A stretch of DNA of 64,000 nt, taken from contig CM121341.1 of the NCBI GenBank assembly GCA_051530055.1, positions 1,736,001-1,800,000 on the forward strand, in the 5' to 3' direction. Within the stretch, counting starts at the first letter, position 1. Each line of letters begins with the position of its first letter. This document shows, piece after piece, positions 62,015-64,000 of the stretch. The notes beneath the pieces are model-generated. The model had not been told where the DNA came from, did no database searches, and worked only from the letters and a program-made list of their open reading frames with translations. This DNA comes from Neoechinorhynchus agilis. Lineage: Eukaryota; Animalia; Acanthocephala. The translations under genes were made by a program, and so were the position numbers.

Positions 62015-62614
62015 ATGGTAAAACGAATGCCGGTTGAACTGAAGACTATTCAGCAGATCTGCGATGAGCTGAACGAGTGCCTGGGAGACGGACGCTCCAT
62101 TCGATATCATCCGTCAATCAACCAGAATTTGAGCGAACTTTTATCAAGGCCAATGGATTTCCATGAGATAAGAAAATGGAATATTGAATCAATTGTTAAA
62201 CGATTAAGTTGCTCTGAATTTGGAAAATACTACTTCTGGTTTCCGGACTTCATGAACGAGAAAATTAAGAAATGCCAGGCTGAAGAAGCATCGAAACTTA
62301 AACCAAAAAGAAGGCCAAGTAGGAAAGTTGTAAGGGACGAAAAGAGACGGGCTATGTTGAATCGGAAATTCCAAATTGACGCCGAAAGCTCTAAACACGA
62401 AAAAGTTGATATTTTTGAACTTTATTGCCGGATCAGAGACAAAAGGCAGGGATTGTCTAATGATTGTCGCCGTCAACTGTCGTGTCTCGCTGGACGAAAG
62501 CGGGCCAGAATTCATGGCGAGGAATCCGAAATGGAGAAACAAACGAAGAATCCGAGACTCGTTGACGAAAAAGAGAAGATCGCCCGAGAATCCAAAAGTA
62601 ATCCTGGTCGATAG
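62015..62614 (+). CDS. Unknown basic protein, probably the first exon of a gene continuing to ~63.4 kb
   Basis: 199-aa K/R-rich ORF. A 33-nt GTAAT...TTTCAG intron would extend the frame into ERTCEAKDEEMEEDPRKW. Confidence 0.55.
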   Translation: MVKRMPVELKTIQQICDELNECLGDGRSIRYHPSINQNLSELLSRPMDFHEIRKWNIESIVKRLSCSEFGKYYFWFPDFMNEKIKKCQAEEASKLKPKRRPSRKVVRDEKRRAMLNRKFQIDAESSKHEKVDIFELYCRIRDKRQGLSNDCRRQLSCLAGRKRARIHGEESEMEKQTKNPRLVDEKEKIARESKSNPGR

Positions 62615-63569
62615 ATCGATCGCTTTTCAGGGGAGAGAACATGCGAGGCGAAGGATGAGGAAATGGAGGAGGATCCAAGGAAATGGAGGGCGATAAACTC
62701 TGAAATTTTATTCATAATTCTCCAACATGTAAATAATTTGCGATCATTTTACAAGAGCACTTTTTATCTATTCATCGGCCGAAAGGGGATGAAATTTATC
62801 TCTGTTGTTTTATAGTGATAATAGGAGACTACTGCGTTTGTTCTTTAGGTTTTAAATTTTCAACATCAATTACAAATTATTTTACATTTAGGGCGCCGAA
62901 CAATTTTGGTATTTTTCTTTAATGTATTCAATTTATATTTTTGCAGATTGAACTATTCTTGCTTCACCACATAAACAAACATTCAATTTAGCACAAATAT
63001 TTTACTCCAATACTTTTTTGATGGTTGCCTAGTAATAATGGGTATCCATTACTTTTATGATTTAGCAAAAGCAAAAAATGTCCACAACACCGCATTTGGA
63101 TAAATTAGAAAATATGCCACATTTTCAATTGATTGATGCAGTAACCAAAGAAATATTGGAAAGCACCGAAAATTTCGTACCTACAGAAAAGGTTTTCTTA
63201 CGAAAAATACATTCTATATTTGTCATATTGAATAGAATCAAGAATGCAGAGATATAGTATTTGCAACAGTAATGGAACAATTCGCAATATTCGTAAGTAT
63301 GCCAAGTTAGCGGTTGCATTTTCATCTTTAATTTGCAGCCGCAAGTATGTACAAATGATCTAAAAAATTGCATTGTAAATTTGTTAAATAAACAACATAG
63401 AATTTCAGCAAAAGAGAAACAAGAACATTAGAAGAATATCGTTTCGTTCAAAATAAATTGCGTTTTTTAATTTTGAAACTAAAGTTACACAGAATGCGAT
63501 GAAGATAGATTTTAGAAATGCGAAAATTTAATATTTTCACGCAAAAAATTTAGTACCTCATTTATCTAC

Positions 63570-63680
63570 TAATGTTCAGGGGTTCTTAGAAGACTTGCCC
63601 ATTAACCTTAGCGGTCAACGGCCTACTTCACCCTTTTCCCAGATGCCATCACGGGAATAGAGCTTTGATTTCGGACACCC
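63570..63680 (-). ncRNA. HDV-like ribozyme candidate in a solo RTE 5' end
   Basis: P1 GGGUGUC/GGCAUCU with G1-U, L3-like UCCCGUG, GG after P1, P4-like GGUGAA/UUGACC, J4/2 GCUAA. P2 is weak. Confidence 0.55.
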
Positions 63681-63809
63681 TAAGATTTCGAGTATACAAA
63701 AAATAAAGACTAACGCAAACCTTCTCATTAGACACTAAGCGCATTTCTTCTCTCGATTGCAAGGATTTTATCCTCATAAAAAGTATTCGATCTTGGTAAA
63801 CTTCTGAGA

Positions 63810-64000
63810 TAATAACACGTTTATTTGTTAGTTAACAAAGAAAAGGACCCATGTATCTTTTGGTCTTCATAAAAACTCGGATTTAGATTTTTTCAATGAA
63901 TGCGGTTGTTGATTTTGAAGTGGATTACGGTTTCGGTCGGGATGGAAGGTTTGCTCGGACGGGGATTGGTGGTTATTATGTGCAAGAGAGCTTCGGTCTT
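63810..64000 (-). mobile_element. 3' end of a LINE of the same family as 25660-27560, running off the window
   Basis: AATGCGGTTGTT(G/T)ATTTTGAAG(T/A)GGATT(A/T)CGG(T/G)TTCGGTCGG is shared with 25749-25790. The RPKDTW tail is followed by AATAAA. Confidence 0.75.

Noticed and set aside
704-63373. Most short ORFs in the supplied track
   Set aside because: They are antisense or off-frame shadows of real genes, repeats or transposon relics, with no independent support.

Overview
Eukaryotic DNA from a compact, AT-rich animal genome with short introns (roughly 33-60 nt where they can be read). The species cannot be determined from sequence alone. Recognisable genes: an RGS12/14-type RGS-plus-RBD gene, an F-spondin with an apparently duplicated Spondin_N/TSP1/Kunitz block, a canopy CNPY3/4 homolog, TRPT1, NOSIP, an RRM protein and two tandem divergent CAP-like proteins. 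Several orphan ORFs are also present, one with a PYM-like Mago-binding N-terminus. Repeats: a 10.5-kb satellite of ~249-bp units, a 1.85-kb array of ~142-bp units, and decayed CRE-type, RTE, APE-LINE and Penelope retroelements, foldbacks and SINE-like elements. The most striking signal is at ~41.07-41.43 kb on the minus strand: a SINE-like element (B-box head, LINE-derived tail) carrying all conserved hammerhead ribozyme core nucleotides with its three strands in a non-circularly permuted order. A Penelope-linked hammerhead candidate and RTE-linked HDV-like ribozyme relics also occur. All folds, alignments and exon boundaries were done by eye and need computational confirmation.
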